This document shows positions 43,419 to 51,421 of a stretch of 51,421 nucleotides of DNA, piece by piece. The first letter of the stretch is position 1. Each line of letters starts with the position of its first letter. The stretch spans positions 1 through 51,421 of the forward strand of contig JAUMAF010000151.1 in assembly GCA_032117045.1 (NCBI GenBank), written 5' to 3'. The notes beneath the pieces are model-generated. The model searched no databases and had not been told where the DNA came from. It was given only the letters and a program-made list of their open reading frames with translations. This DNA is from Pirellulales bacterium. Its GTDB lineage: Bacteria; Planctomycetota; Planctomycetia; Pirellulales; UBA1268. The translations under genes and the position numbers were made by a program.

Positions 43419-44654
43419 TCAGCGGGCGACGAGTCGGAGCTCCACCTCGGCGAGGCCGTTGGCGGCCGCTCGTCGGACGATGACGGGCACGATGTCGCCT
43501 GCATGAATGCTCGTTCGCAGGGCCCTGTCGAAGGCCTTCCGTTCCTCGCGGCTGGAGAACTCGAGCCGCCGGCCGGCGAAGGCCACGATCACGTCACCCG
43601 CCTCGAGCCCCGCGGCCGCGGCCGCTGAATCCTTCTCGACGGCCTCGACGAGCGGGAGCAGGTCATCCCCTCGCGGCCGTGCCAGATCGATGCCGGTGCG
43701 ACACCGCTTGGGCGCCGTCAGCACCGCCCGGAGCGTCTCCTCGCCGCCGGCCCGCCGCACGCGAAACACGGCCTCGTGCTGCTCCGGATAGATACCGAGC
43801 AGTCCGGCGAGCCGATGGCCGTTGGCCGCCGGCTCGTTGTCGATCGTCAGAATCACGTCGCCTGCCTGAAACCCCGCCGCTGCAGCCGACGATCCCTCGG
43901 CGACGTCTTTCACCACCACGCTGGCGGGCGACTCACGATCTCGGCTCTGATACTCGACCCCCGCGAGCCTCGCGTGCTTCACCTCGCCTCCCTCAGCCTG
44001 TTCCAGCAGCGGCAGCCAGAGGGCGATCTGCCGCGACGAGATCGCGAAGCCGAGGCCCGTGTTGCTCCGCAGGCCGTAGCGGGTGCTGATCTGGCCGTTG
44101 ATGCCCACCACTTCGCCATTCATGGTCACCAGCGGACCGCCGGAGTTGCCGGGATTCAATTCCGCATCGGTGACGATGCACTCGGTATAGGTGCCCTGCG
44201 TGTGGTGGACCGCCGAGATGATCCCGAGCGTGAAGGTGGGCGACTGATCGAGCACCCCGAGCGCGAACGGATTGCCCACCGCCATCACCTCGTCACCCAC
44301 CCGAACGGCATCCGAATCGCCGAGCGGCAGGTGCGGCAGCATCTCTCCCTCCGGCCCGTCGATCTTCAGCACGGCGAGATCGCCCACCTCATCGCGGCCG
44401 AGCACGCGGGCCTTGAACGAGCGGCCGTCACCGAGCCGGACGTCGAACGTTCGCCGGTCCTCGAGCACATGGTCGTTGGTGAGCATCAGGCCGTCGGGCC
44501 GGATCACCACGCCGCTGCCGCCGGCAATGAAGACATACGCGGGCCGGATCGCCACACAGAGCGACGCCAGGTCGACGTCGGCGCGGACCTGCCCGATCGT
44601 GACAGCCACCGCGGCACACAGGGCCACGGCCACTCGAGAGGCGGACCGCATCAT
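43419..44654 (-). CDS. HtrA/S1C trypsin-like serine protease with two PDZ domains (triad intact)
   Basis: GSG, LTNDHV, DLAVL, NPGNSGGPL; two GDVI-type PDZ repeats; signal peptide. Confidence 0.9.
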   Translation of the reverse strand: MMRSASRVAVALCAAVAVTIGQVRADVDLASLCVAIRPAYVFIAGGSGVVIRPDGLMLTNDHVLEDRRTFDVRLGDGRSFKARVLGRDEVGDLAVLKIDGPEGEMLPHLPLGDSDAVRVGDEVMAVGNPFALGVLDQSPTFTLGIISAVHHTQGTYTECIVTDAELNPGNSGGPLVTMNGEVVGINGQISTRYGLRSNTGLGFAISSRQIALWLPLLEQAEGGEVKHARLAGVEYQSRDRESPASVVVKDVAEGSSAAAAGFQAGDVILTIDNEPAANGHRLAGLLGIYPEQHEAVFRVRRAGGEETLRAVLTAPKRCRTGIDLARPRGDDLLPLVEAVEKDSAAAAAGLEAGDVIVAFAGRRLEFSSREERKAFDRALRTSIHAGDIVPVIVRRAAANGLAEVELRLVAR

Positions 44655-46696
44655 TTATTCTCCCCGAGCACCACCGTGATCTCACGAACGTCGTCGGCCG
44701 AAAGCATGCCTTCGAACGTCTCGCCCGGCTTCAACGACTGTCTGAGTCGCTGGAGATCCTCGAGCGTCTCGACGTCGCGGCCGGCGATCACGAGCCGCGG
44801 CCCCTTCTGTCGGCGGCGAATCGTGAGCGTGACCGGATCGCCTGCCTTGCCGGCGGCGATCCGCTCGGTCAGTTCCCGCCAGGCGTTCAGTTCCACACCT
44901 TGATAGGCCAGCACCACATCGCCCTTCTTCAGGCCCGCCTTCGCCGCGGGCGAGCCGTCCGCCACGAAACCGATCACCACGTCGTCGCCGAGGGCTCGGG
45001 ACTCGTCCGCCTGCACCCCCAGAAATGGTCCGGGAAACTTCTCGAAGGAGCGGCCCCGCTTCAGCTCGTCGAGCACGGCGCGGATACGGTCGGCGCGGGC
45101 GACGAAGCCCACCCCGGAGTTCGGAGCGCGGTTCCAGCGCATGAGCTGCGGGAGCGTGAAGATCCTTCCCATGACGGTGTCGGGCTCGATCGGGGCCGTC
45201 GCGATGCCCAGCAGGCTACCGGCGGCATCGACCACCGGGCCGCCCGAGTTGCCATAGTTGAGCAGGGCGTCGGTCTGAAACCGGTAGCCGCGGTTCCGCG
45301 AGGCGGCGCTGACGATGCCGGGGTTGAGCGTGACGTTGGCCGAGCCCGCCGCGACGAGACCGACCGCGGCCACATGGTCGCCGAGCTGCGGCGAGGTGGC
45401 GGCGGCCGCGAGGTCGCACCATGGCAGGTCGGCGGCATCGACCTTGAGCAGCGCGATGCCGAGCGGCTCGTGGCGGGCATGCACCTTCGCCTCACGACGG
45501 CTGCCGTTGGCGAGCACGACGGCCACCCGGCGGATCGCGTTGGATTTTTGGGTGAGCCCCCCCTCGGGATCCGCCAGGAGTTTCTCGATCGGCTCCTCCG
45601 CGGTGAATCGCCGCGGCCGGCCGGCCGAAGTGGCCACGAACGCGGTATCGTCGCCGACATTGAACGCGCTGGTGAGCACGAAGCCGTCGGCGGAAACGAC
45701 GATCCCCGTTCCTTGGCCGGGCGGCCGACGGAGGAGCTGGTTGACGTCGAGTGTGCGGGAGGCGGCGACAAAGGCGGCGAACCGCTGCTTCCGCTCCGGC
45801 AGGGGCAGCGAGGCCCAGCCTTCGATGCGACGGCGCTGATCTTCCCACGAGGCCCGCGGCAGTTGCTCGGCAGGCCATGTCCGCTCGACCTCGATGCCCA
45901 CGAGAAACGGGGCCACCGACGACACCGCTCGCTGCAGGCCGGCAAGCGGCGGCTGCGAGGCCGGCGCTGCGGCATCGTCGATCCTGAGCGTCACATCGCC
46001 CGACGTCAGCGGAGCGAAGCGATCGAGCAGTGTCGCCATGGGCACCGCCACGCCCTGCCAACGCCGCGGCGACACGGCGAGGCTGATCACGCCGACGACG
46101 CGACCCGCCGCGTCGACGAGCGGCCCGCCATCCGACCCGGGATTCACCGCCGCGGTCGTCTCGATCACACGGCCGGCAAACGCTGCCTCGGGCTGCGGCT
46201 CGACATCGTAGAGGCCGCTAACGATCCCGCGGCTGAACGACGCGCGGCCGTTGGCCAGCATCACGTCGTCGACGTCGCCGGCGGTAAAGGCCACGTCGCC
46301 GACGGCTGGCAGCCGCCGGGCCAGCGGAAGTGCCGCCAGCGGCTCCTCGACGGCCACCTTCAGAAGCGTCACCGCGAGCGACTCATCCACCGCCACGACT
46401 CCGGCCGGCCGCCGCTGGAAGCCCGGCAGCAGCACGGTGACCTCGGTGGCGGTCGCAGGCACGGCGCTGGCCGCGGTCAGCACGTGACCTTCCGGCGAGA
46501 TGAGGAATCCCGATCCCGAGAAGGAGCCGCCGTCGAGAACACAGGCCACGCTCACCGTGGCCGCGAGCACACGGTCCGCGACCGTGTGGATATCGGGATC
46601 CTCGGCCGCACGCCCCGCCGACACGGTGCCACCGAACTCGGCAACGCACCACGGCAGAATGAGCATGCCGACGCACATGGCGGCGTTTGGTCTCAT
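44651..46696 (-). CDS. Tandem trypsin-like domains plus PDZ, catalytically degenerate
   Basis: Domain 1 LTAASAV and NPGSDGGPL; domain 2 LTSAFNV and NYGNSGGPV; PDZ FLGV...GSPAAKAGLKKGDVV. Confidence 0.85.
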   Translation of the reverse strand: MRPNAAMCVGMLILPWCVAEFGGTVSAGRAAEDPDIHTVADRVLAATVSVACVLDGGSFSGSGFLISPEGHVLTAASAVPATATEVTVLLPGFQRRPAGVVAVDESLAVTLLKVAVEEPLAALPLARRLPAVGDVAFTAGDVDDVMLANGRASFSRGIVSGLYDVEPQPEAAFAGRVIETTAAVNPGSDGGPLVDAAGRVVGVISLAVSPRRWQGVAVPMATLLDRFAPLTSGDVTLRIDDAAAPASQPPLAGLQRAVSSVAPFLVGIEVERTWPAEQLPRASWEDQRRRIEGWASLPLPERKQRFAAFVAASRTLDVNQLLRRPPGQGTGIVVSADGFVLTSAFNVGDDTAFVATSAGRPRRFTAEEPIEKLLADPEGGLTQKSNAIRRVAVVLANGSRREAKVHARHEPLGIALLKVDAADLPWCDLAAAATSPQLGDHVAAVGLVAAGSANVTLNPGIVSAASRNRGYRFQTDALLNYGNSGGPVVDAAGSLLGIATAPIEPDTVMGRIFTLPQLMRWNRAPNSGVGFVARADRIRAVLDELKRGRSFEKFPGPFLGVQADESRALGDDVVIGFVADGSPAAKAGLKKGDVVLAYQGVELNAWRELTERIAAGKAGDPVTLTIRRRQKGPRLVIAGRDVETLEDLQRLRQSLKPGETFEGMLSADDVREITVVLGENK

Positions 46697-46861
46697 GAGA
46701 GCGAGTGTATGCCGTCACCGCTCGGCGTGGAAACGCGCATCGAAATCGATGTGGCGGACCGTCGCCAGCGGTTGCGGGGGGGCGGGTGCAGTCGTACAAC
46801 AACGCTCCTCGTCCGCTGACGTTTTCAGTATCCGTGATCAGGGACTTTCTGGAGGGTTTTC

Positions 46862-48118
46862 ATGGCCGCGACCGCGAAGGGATCCGCGATCCTGACCGAG
46901 ACGAAGAACGTCGGAGCCGCTCTCGACAAGGCGCTCGACGCCGGCAAGGGCATCCTGCGACTCTCCCCCACCTGGGTGCCGCGGAGCTTTCTCCACCCCG
47001 GCAAGCGGGTGCGTCTGCACCCTGACGACTACTACTCCTACGGCCTCAACCGGGGCGGCATCGACGAGCGATGGTTTGCCAGCACGACCGAGGCCGCTAA
47101 CGAGGGCCGCGTGCCGGACGAGGGGCTGTCGTGGTGCGTGTTCGGCGGCGAGCGATTCCTGCTGCGTGACGCGGTGGCTGAAGGCAAGTCGCGGCTCGTG
47201 GGCAAGGCTATCTGGGACCGCTACGGGAAATGGCCGGTCTATTCCAAGTTCTTCGACAACATGGGGCCGATCCCCCACCACATGCATCAGTCGTTCGACG
47301 ACGCCAAGCTGGTGGGTCAGGAAGGCAAGCCGGAGAGCTATTACTTTCCGCCGCAGTACAACAACTGCGACAATAACTTTCCCTACACCTTCATGGGCCT
47401 GGAGCCCGGCACCACGAAGGCCGACGTCCGCCGCTGCCTCGAACACTGGAACCGCGGCGACAACGGCATCATCGACCTCGCCAAGGCCTATCGCCTGAAG
47501 CGGGGCACCGGCTGGCTGATCCCGCCGGGCGTGTTGCATGCCCCGGGCTCGCTTTTGACCTATGAACCGCAGTGGGGCAGCGATGTGTTCGCGATGTTCC
47601 AGTCGCTCGTCGAGGGGCGTGCGGTGCCATGGAGCCTGCTCGTCAAGGACATGCCCCGGGAGAAGCATCAGGATCTCGACTTCATCATCGGCCAGCTCGA
47701 CTGGGACAAGAACGTCGACACGCACTTCAAGGAGGCCAACTATCTCGAGCCGATCCTCGACCAGTCGCATTCTGGCGACGGCGTGCATGACCGCTGGATC
47801 GTCTACGGCCATGTGGATGGCCGGCAGCTCTTCAGTGCGAAGGAGCTCACGCTCGACCCCGGCGCAAAGGTGACGATGAAGGATGCCGGCGCCAGCGGCT
47901 GGATCACCGTGCAGGGCGAGGGTCGGGTCGGTTGTCACGACGTGGCCACCCCGACGCTGATTCGCTTCGGCCAGATGACGGCCGACGAGCTCTTCATCTC
48001 GGCCGACGCCGCGGCGACGGGCTACACGGTGGAGAACACGGGCCCCGGCCCGCTCGTCTCGCTCCGCTACTTCGGTCCCGACGTCCACCCCGATCTTCCC
48101 ACGCACGGAAAGAAGTGA
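46862..48118 (+). CDS. Class I mannose-6-phosphate isomerase-like bicupin protein
   Basis: [39 protein letters not shown]; GGAGG RBS. Confidence 0.8.
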   Translation: MAATAKGSAILTETKNVGAALDKALDAGKGILRLSPTWVPRSFLHPGKRVRLHPDDYYSYGLNRGGIDERWFASTTEAANEGRVPDEGLSWCVFGGERFLLRDAVAEGKSRLVGKAIWDRYGKWPVYSKFFDNMGPIPHHMHQSFDDAKLVGQEGKPESYYFPPQYNNCDNNFPYTFMGLEPGTTKADVRRCLEHWNRGDNGIIDLAKAYRLKRGTGWLIPPGVLHAPGSLLTYEPQWGSDVFAMFQSLVEGRAVPWSLLVKDMPREKHQDLDFIIGQLDWDKNVDTHFKEANYLEPILDQSHSGDGVHDRWIVYGHVDGRQLFSAKELTLDPGAKVTMKDAGASGWITVQGEGRVGCHDVATPTLIRFGQMTADELFISADAAATGYTVENTGPGPLVSLRYFGPDVHPDLPTHGKK

Positions 48119-49149
48119 TGAGCCACTCCGCCCCCAAGCTCCACAACGCCATGTGGCCCGGCCTTGTCGGCAAGGGCACCGACCCCGGCCAGGAGCCGCC
48201 GATCTCGCTCGAGCGGATGCTGGAGTTGACCGCCGCGGCCGACGTGGACGGCCAGAAGTTCGACGGCATCGACTACTTCCTGTTTCTGCCCCACACCAAT
48301 CCCGAGGCCAGCGACTCGGAGCTGATGGCGATCGCCGACACCATCGCCTCGTATGGCTTCGCCGTCGGGTCGCTCGTGGCCCCCGTCTGGCCGGGCACGG
48401 TGGGTGACTCGGCGATGGGCGACGCGGCGGCGCGGGAGAAGTTTCTTTCGGCCGTGAAGATGGCCTGCCGGGTCGCGAAGGTCTTCGAGCGGCATGGTGT
48501 GCGGAAGTATGGCGTGATCCGCATCGACTCGGCCGAGTTTGGCGTCAACAAGTGGCGGGCAAATCCTCCGGCCAACACGGCGAGGATCGCCGAGACGTTC
48601 CGCGAGGCTGCCACGATCGCCAAGGACCACGGTCAGCGGCTGGCCGCCGAGGGGGAGATCTGCTGGGCGGGCATGCACTCGTGGAAGGACATGCTCGACC
48701 TGCTCGAGGCGGTGGGCATGCCCGAGGCGCTCGGCTTCCAGGCCGACCTCGCCCACACCTATCTCTACCTGCTCGGCTACAACGCGCCGGAGCATGCCCT
48801 CGTGCAGCCGGGCTATTCCGAGGCGGAGTTCTGGCCGGCCTACCGGGAGATGGTCGCCAAGCTGCGGCCGTGGACGATCGACTTCCACGTGGCGCAGAAC
48901 GACGGCGAGGTCCACGGCGCGGGGGCCCACGACAAGACGGGCAAGCACTGCCGGGCCGACGATCCCGCCGGCAAGCTCGACATCGTGAAGTGCTCAGGGG
49001 AGTGGCTCCAGGGCGCGGCCGACCGGGGCATCAAGCACATCTGCTGGGACGGCTGCATGTTTTCCAACGCCACGCTCGAAAATCCCGCAACCTGGAACAC
49101 GATCCTGAAGACCATGATCGCCGTCCGCAACGCCCACGGCTGGAACTGA
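48118..49149 (+). CDS. Xylose isomerase-like TIM barrel sugar isomerase/epimerase
   Basis: [32 protein letters not shown] metal-ligand pattern; TGATG overlap with the upstream gene. Confidence 0.82.
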   Translation: MSHSAPKLHNAMWPGLVGKGTDPGQEPPISLERMLELTAAADVDGQKFDGIDYFLFLPHTNPEASDSELMAIADTIASYGFAVGSLVAPVWPGTVGDSAMGDAAAREKFLSAVKMACRVAKVFERHGVRKYGVIRIDSAEFGVNKWRANPPANTARIAETFREAATIAKDHGQRLAAEGEICWAGMHSWKDMLDLLEAVGMPEALGFQADLAHTYLYLLGYNAPEHALVQPGYSEAEFWPAYREMVAKLRPWTIDFHVAQNDGEVHGAGAHDKTGKHCRADDPAGKLDIVKCSGEWLQGAADRGIKHICWDGCMFSNATLENPATWNTILKTMIAVRNAHGWN

Positions 49150-49167
49150 GACAAAGGACCCCACACC

Positions 49168-50304
49168 ATGGCCAAACCCCTCCGCATCGGCATGATCGGC
49201 TACGGCTTCATGGGCCGCGCCCATTCCAACGGCTACAACCGCGTCAAGGATTTCTTCGACCTCGAATACCTGCCGGTGCTCCAGGCCGTCGCCGCCCGCG
49301 ACGCCGACAAGGCGAGGGCTTTCGCAGACCGCTGGGGCTACCAGCGGGTCGAGACCGACTGGCGGAAGCTCGTGGCGGCCGATGACATCGACGCCATCGA
49401 CATCTGCACGCCCAACAACCTCCATGCCGAGATCGCGATCGAGGCGGCGAAGCACGGCAAGGCGATCCTCTGCGAGAAGCCGCTCTCGATGGACGCGGCC
49501 GAAGGGGAGCGGATGTGCGAGGCCGTCGAGAAGGCCGGTGTGCCCAACATGGTCTGGTACAACTACCGCCGCATTCCGGCGGTGACGTTCGCCAAGCAGA
49601 TCATCGACTCCGGCGCCCTGGGGCGGGTGTTCCACTACCGGGCCGAGTTTCTCCAGGACTGGACGATCAGCGCCGACCTGCCGCAGGGGGGCGCGGCCCT
49701 CTGGCGGCTCGACGCGGCGGCCGCTGGCAGCGGCGTGACGGGTGACCTTCTGGCCCACTGCATCGACACGGCGATCTGGCTCAACGGGTTGGTGAGCGAC
49801 GTCACGGCGATGACTGAGACCTTTGTGAAGGAGCGGAAGCACCAGATCACGGGCAAGGTCGAGAAGGTGAGCATCGACGATGCCTGCTCGTTTCTCTGTC
49901 ACTTCAAGAACGGATCGCTGGGGCTGTTCGAGAGCACGCGGTATGCCCGCGGCCACAAGGCGCTCTACACGTTCGAGATCAACGGTGAAAACATGAGCCT
50001 CAAATGGGATCTTCACGATCTCCATCGGCTGCAGGTATTCGACTACAAGGACGCCGGACCGATGCGGGGCTGGAAGAGCATTCATGTGACCGACGGCGAC
50101 CATCCCTACATGGACAAGTGGTGGGTGCCGGGTCTGGCGATCGGCTACGAGCATTCGTTCGTGCATCAGGTGGCCGACTTCCTCGAGGCCTACGCCAAGA
50201 AGCAGCCCGCCCATCCGACGTTCCGCGACGCGCTCGAGACGCAGAAGATCTGCGACGCCGTGCTCGCGAGCGCGAAGAGCCATCAGTGGGTCACGGTGAA
50301 GTGA
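49168..50304 (+). CDS. Gfo/Idh/MocA family oxidoreductase
   Basis: [32 protein letters not shown]. Confidence 0.93.
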   Translation: MAKPLRIGMIGYGFMGRAHSNGYNRVKDFFDLEYLPVLQAVAARDADKARAFADRWGYQRVETDWRKLVAADDIDAIDICTPNNLHAEIAIEAAKHGKAILCEKPLSMDAAEGERMCEAVEKAGVPNMVWYNYRRIPAVTFAKQIIDSGALGRVFHYRAEFLQDWTISADLPQGGAALWRLDAAAAGSGVTGDLLAHCIDTAIWLNGLVSDVTAMTETFVKERKHQITGKVEKVSIDDACSFLCHFKNGSLGLFESTRYARGHKALYTFEINGENMSLKWDLHDLHRLQVFDYKDAGPMRGWKSIHVTDGDHPYMDKWWVPGLAIGYEHSFVHQVADFLEAYAKKQPAHPTFRDALETQKICDAVLASAKSHQWVTVK

Positions 50305-50308
50305 CGCC

Positions 50309-51274
50309 GTGACGCTCCGACGGATCGCGGTGGCTTTGGGGGCCTGCCTGGCGGCGCTGACCGTCGGCTGGCTGGCCCGGCCGGCGCGATACGAGATCGA
50401 CGGGCTGTCGATGGCGCCGGGGCTCATGCCCGGCGACGTCGTCGAGAGCGACATGTTTCCGCTCGCCGACCGGCTCCGGCAGCCGCAGCGGTTCGAGCGG
50501 TGGATCGTCGGCCGGCCGGACGAGGCCGTGGCCCTCAAGCGGCTTCTCGGCCTGCCGGGCGAGACGGTCTCGATCGCGGACGGCGATCTTTCGATCAACG
50601 GCACGACCTGCCTCAAGAGCCCTCGAATCCTTGCCGAAACTGCCGTCGAGGTGCCGCAGTCGATCGCCCCTCAAAACAGGCACCACGCCCGCTTCGATGC
50701 CAGGGAGGTGCTCGACGACGTCGACTTCGCCACCGAGGTGAACCGGCCGCTCCTGCCGGTCCGCGACGTGGGGATCGCGATGATCGTCCGCTCGGTGGCA
50801 ACAGACGCCCGGGTGTGCATCCGCGTGGGTCACACACGCATCACCTGGCGGCTCACGGCACAGCGGCGTGCCTGCTTCGTGGCTGGCCGGCTCGACGGCC
50901 ATCTCGTCGCCACGGGCTGGAGGCTGCAAGAGCCGCCGATTGCCGAAGATCGCGGTTGCCTGCCGGCCACGGCGACCGTCTCGTGGACGCTCGCAGAGCC
51001 CTGGCCGACGCATGACCCGGCAGACACCGCCGCCCCGGCCATCGCCGTCGACGTGGAGGGCGACGCCGCCGTCGTGGAGCGGCTCACGCTCTGGCGCGAC
51101 ATCCTCTATCGCCCCGCGGCCGACGGCACCACCGAGTGGCGACTCTCACGCGACGACTATGTCGCGCTCGGTGATTTCCCGACCGCCAGCCGCGATTCTC
51201 GCCACTGGGGCCCGCTGCATCGCGAGGCCCTCCAGCACCGAGTGACGCGAGCCGTGTCGTGGAGCGATCCGTAG
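50309..51274 (+). CDS. S26 family signal peptidase I-like protein
   Basis: N-terminal TM, GLSMAPGL (Ser), LKRLLGLPGE (Lys), LGDFPTASRDSRHWG (box E). Confidence 0.85.
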   Translation: MTLRRIAVALGACLAALTVGWLARPARYEIDGLSMAPGLMPGDVVESDMFPLADRLRQPQRFERWIVGRPDEAVALKRLLGLPGETVSIADGDLSINGTTCLKSPRILAETAVEVPQSIAPQNRHHARFDAREVLDDVDFATEVNRPLLPVRDVGIAMIVRSVATDARVCIRVGHTRITWRLTAQRRACFVAGRLDGHLVATGWRLQEPPIAEDRGCLPATATVSWTLAEPWPTHDPADTAAPAIAVDVEGDAAVVERLTLWRDILYRPAADGTTEWRLSRDDYVALGDFPTASRDSRHWGPLHREALQHRVTRAVSWSDP

Positions 51275-51303
51275 AAGCCGCGGCCTTACGGCCGGTCGGC
51301 TTG
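51271..51303 (+). repeat. Short REP-like palindrome preceded by GTAG
   Basis: gtag-aagccg-cggcc-ttac-ggccg-gt-cggctt. Confidence 0.6.
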
Positions 51304-51305
51304 GA

Positions 51306-51421
51306 CGGGCATGAAGTCAGCGAGGGGCTGCCCGTGCCCCGGAGCCGGCGTATGCCGCCAAGCGCAGGCAGGATGCCGAAGCGCCGGCGGCATCCGAGTG
51401 AGTGAAGCCCAGGATGGGCGC
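51306..51421 (+). repeat. Structured intergenic repeat element, copy 2 (cut by window end)
   Basis: 112/116 identical to 17424-17539. Confidence 0.93.

Overview
GC-rich bacterial DNA, most likely Planctomycetota (inferred from a LEPRxLL-type giant protein, paired DUF2294/MpsC genes, a redoxin-heme-copper monooxygenase and a PEP-CTERM tail). Left to right: (1) the 3' end of an acyl-CoA synthetase gene, whose last codons plus 3' flank are duplicated as an 80-bp direct repeat around a lower-GC, integrase-less three-gene cassette (acyl-ACP-reductase-like enzyme, redoxin/heme c/Cu-monooxygenase, secreted protein); (2) an eroding stress/envelope island (fasciclin, an uncalled 55-aa DUF3309-like protein, two DUF2294 genes, a broken PEP-CTERM gene, GT4/GH130 operon, deleted OprB porin); (3) dapL, a TPR-like lipoprotein, photolyase and an FAD/Fe-S oxidoreductase; (4) a 13.5-kb RTX/adhesin-like gene; (5) an SSS transporter/GH2/galK operon; (6) an active plus catalytically degenerate HtrA-like pair; (7) a sugar cupin/TIM-barrel/Gfo-Idh-MocA cluster and an S26 peptidase. 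A highly structured ~150-bp intergenic repeat with CAGGATG (CsrA-type) hairpin loops occurs twice. No rRNA, tRNA, CRISPR array, transposase or integrase was seen. All family calls come from motif recognition by eye, not database searches.
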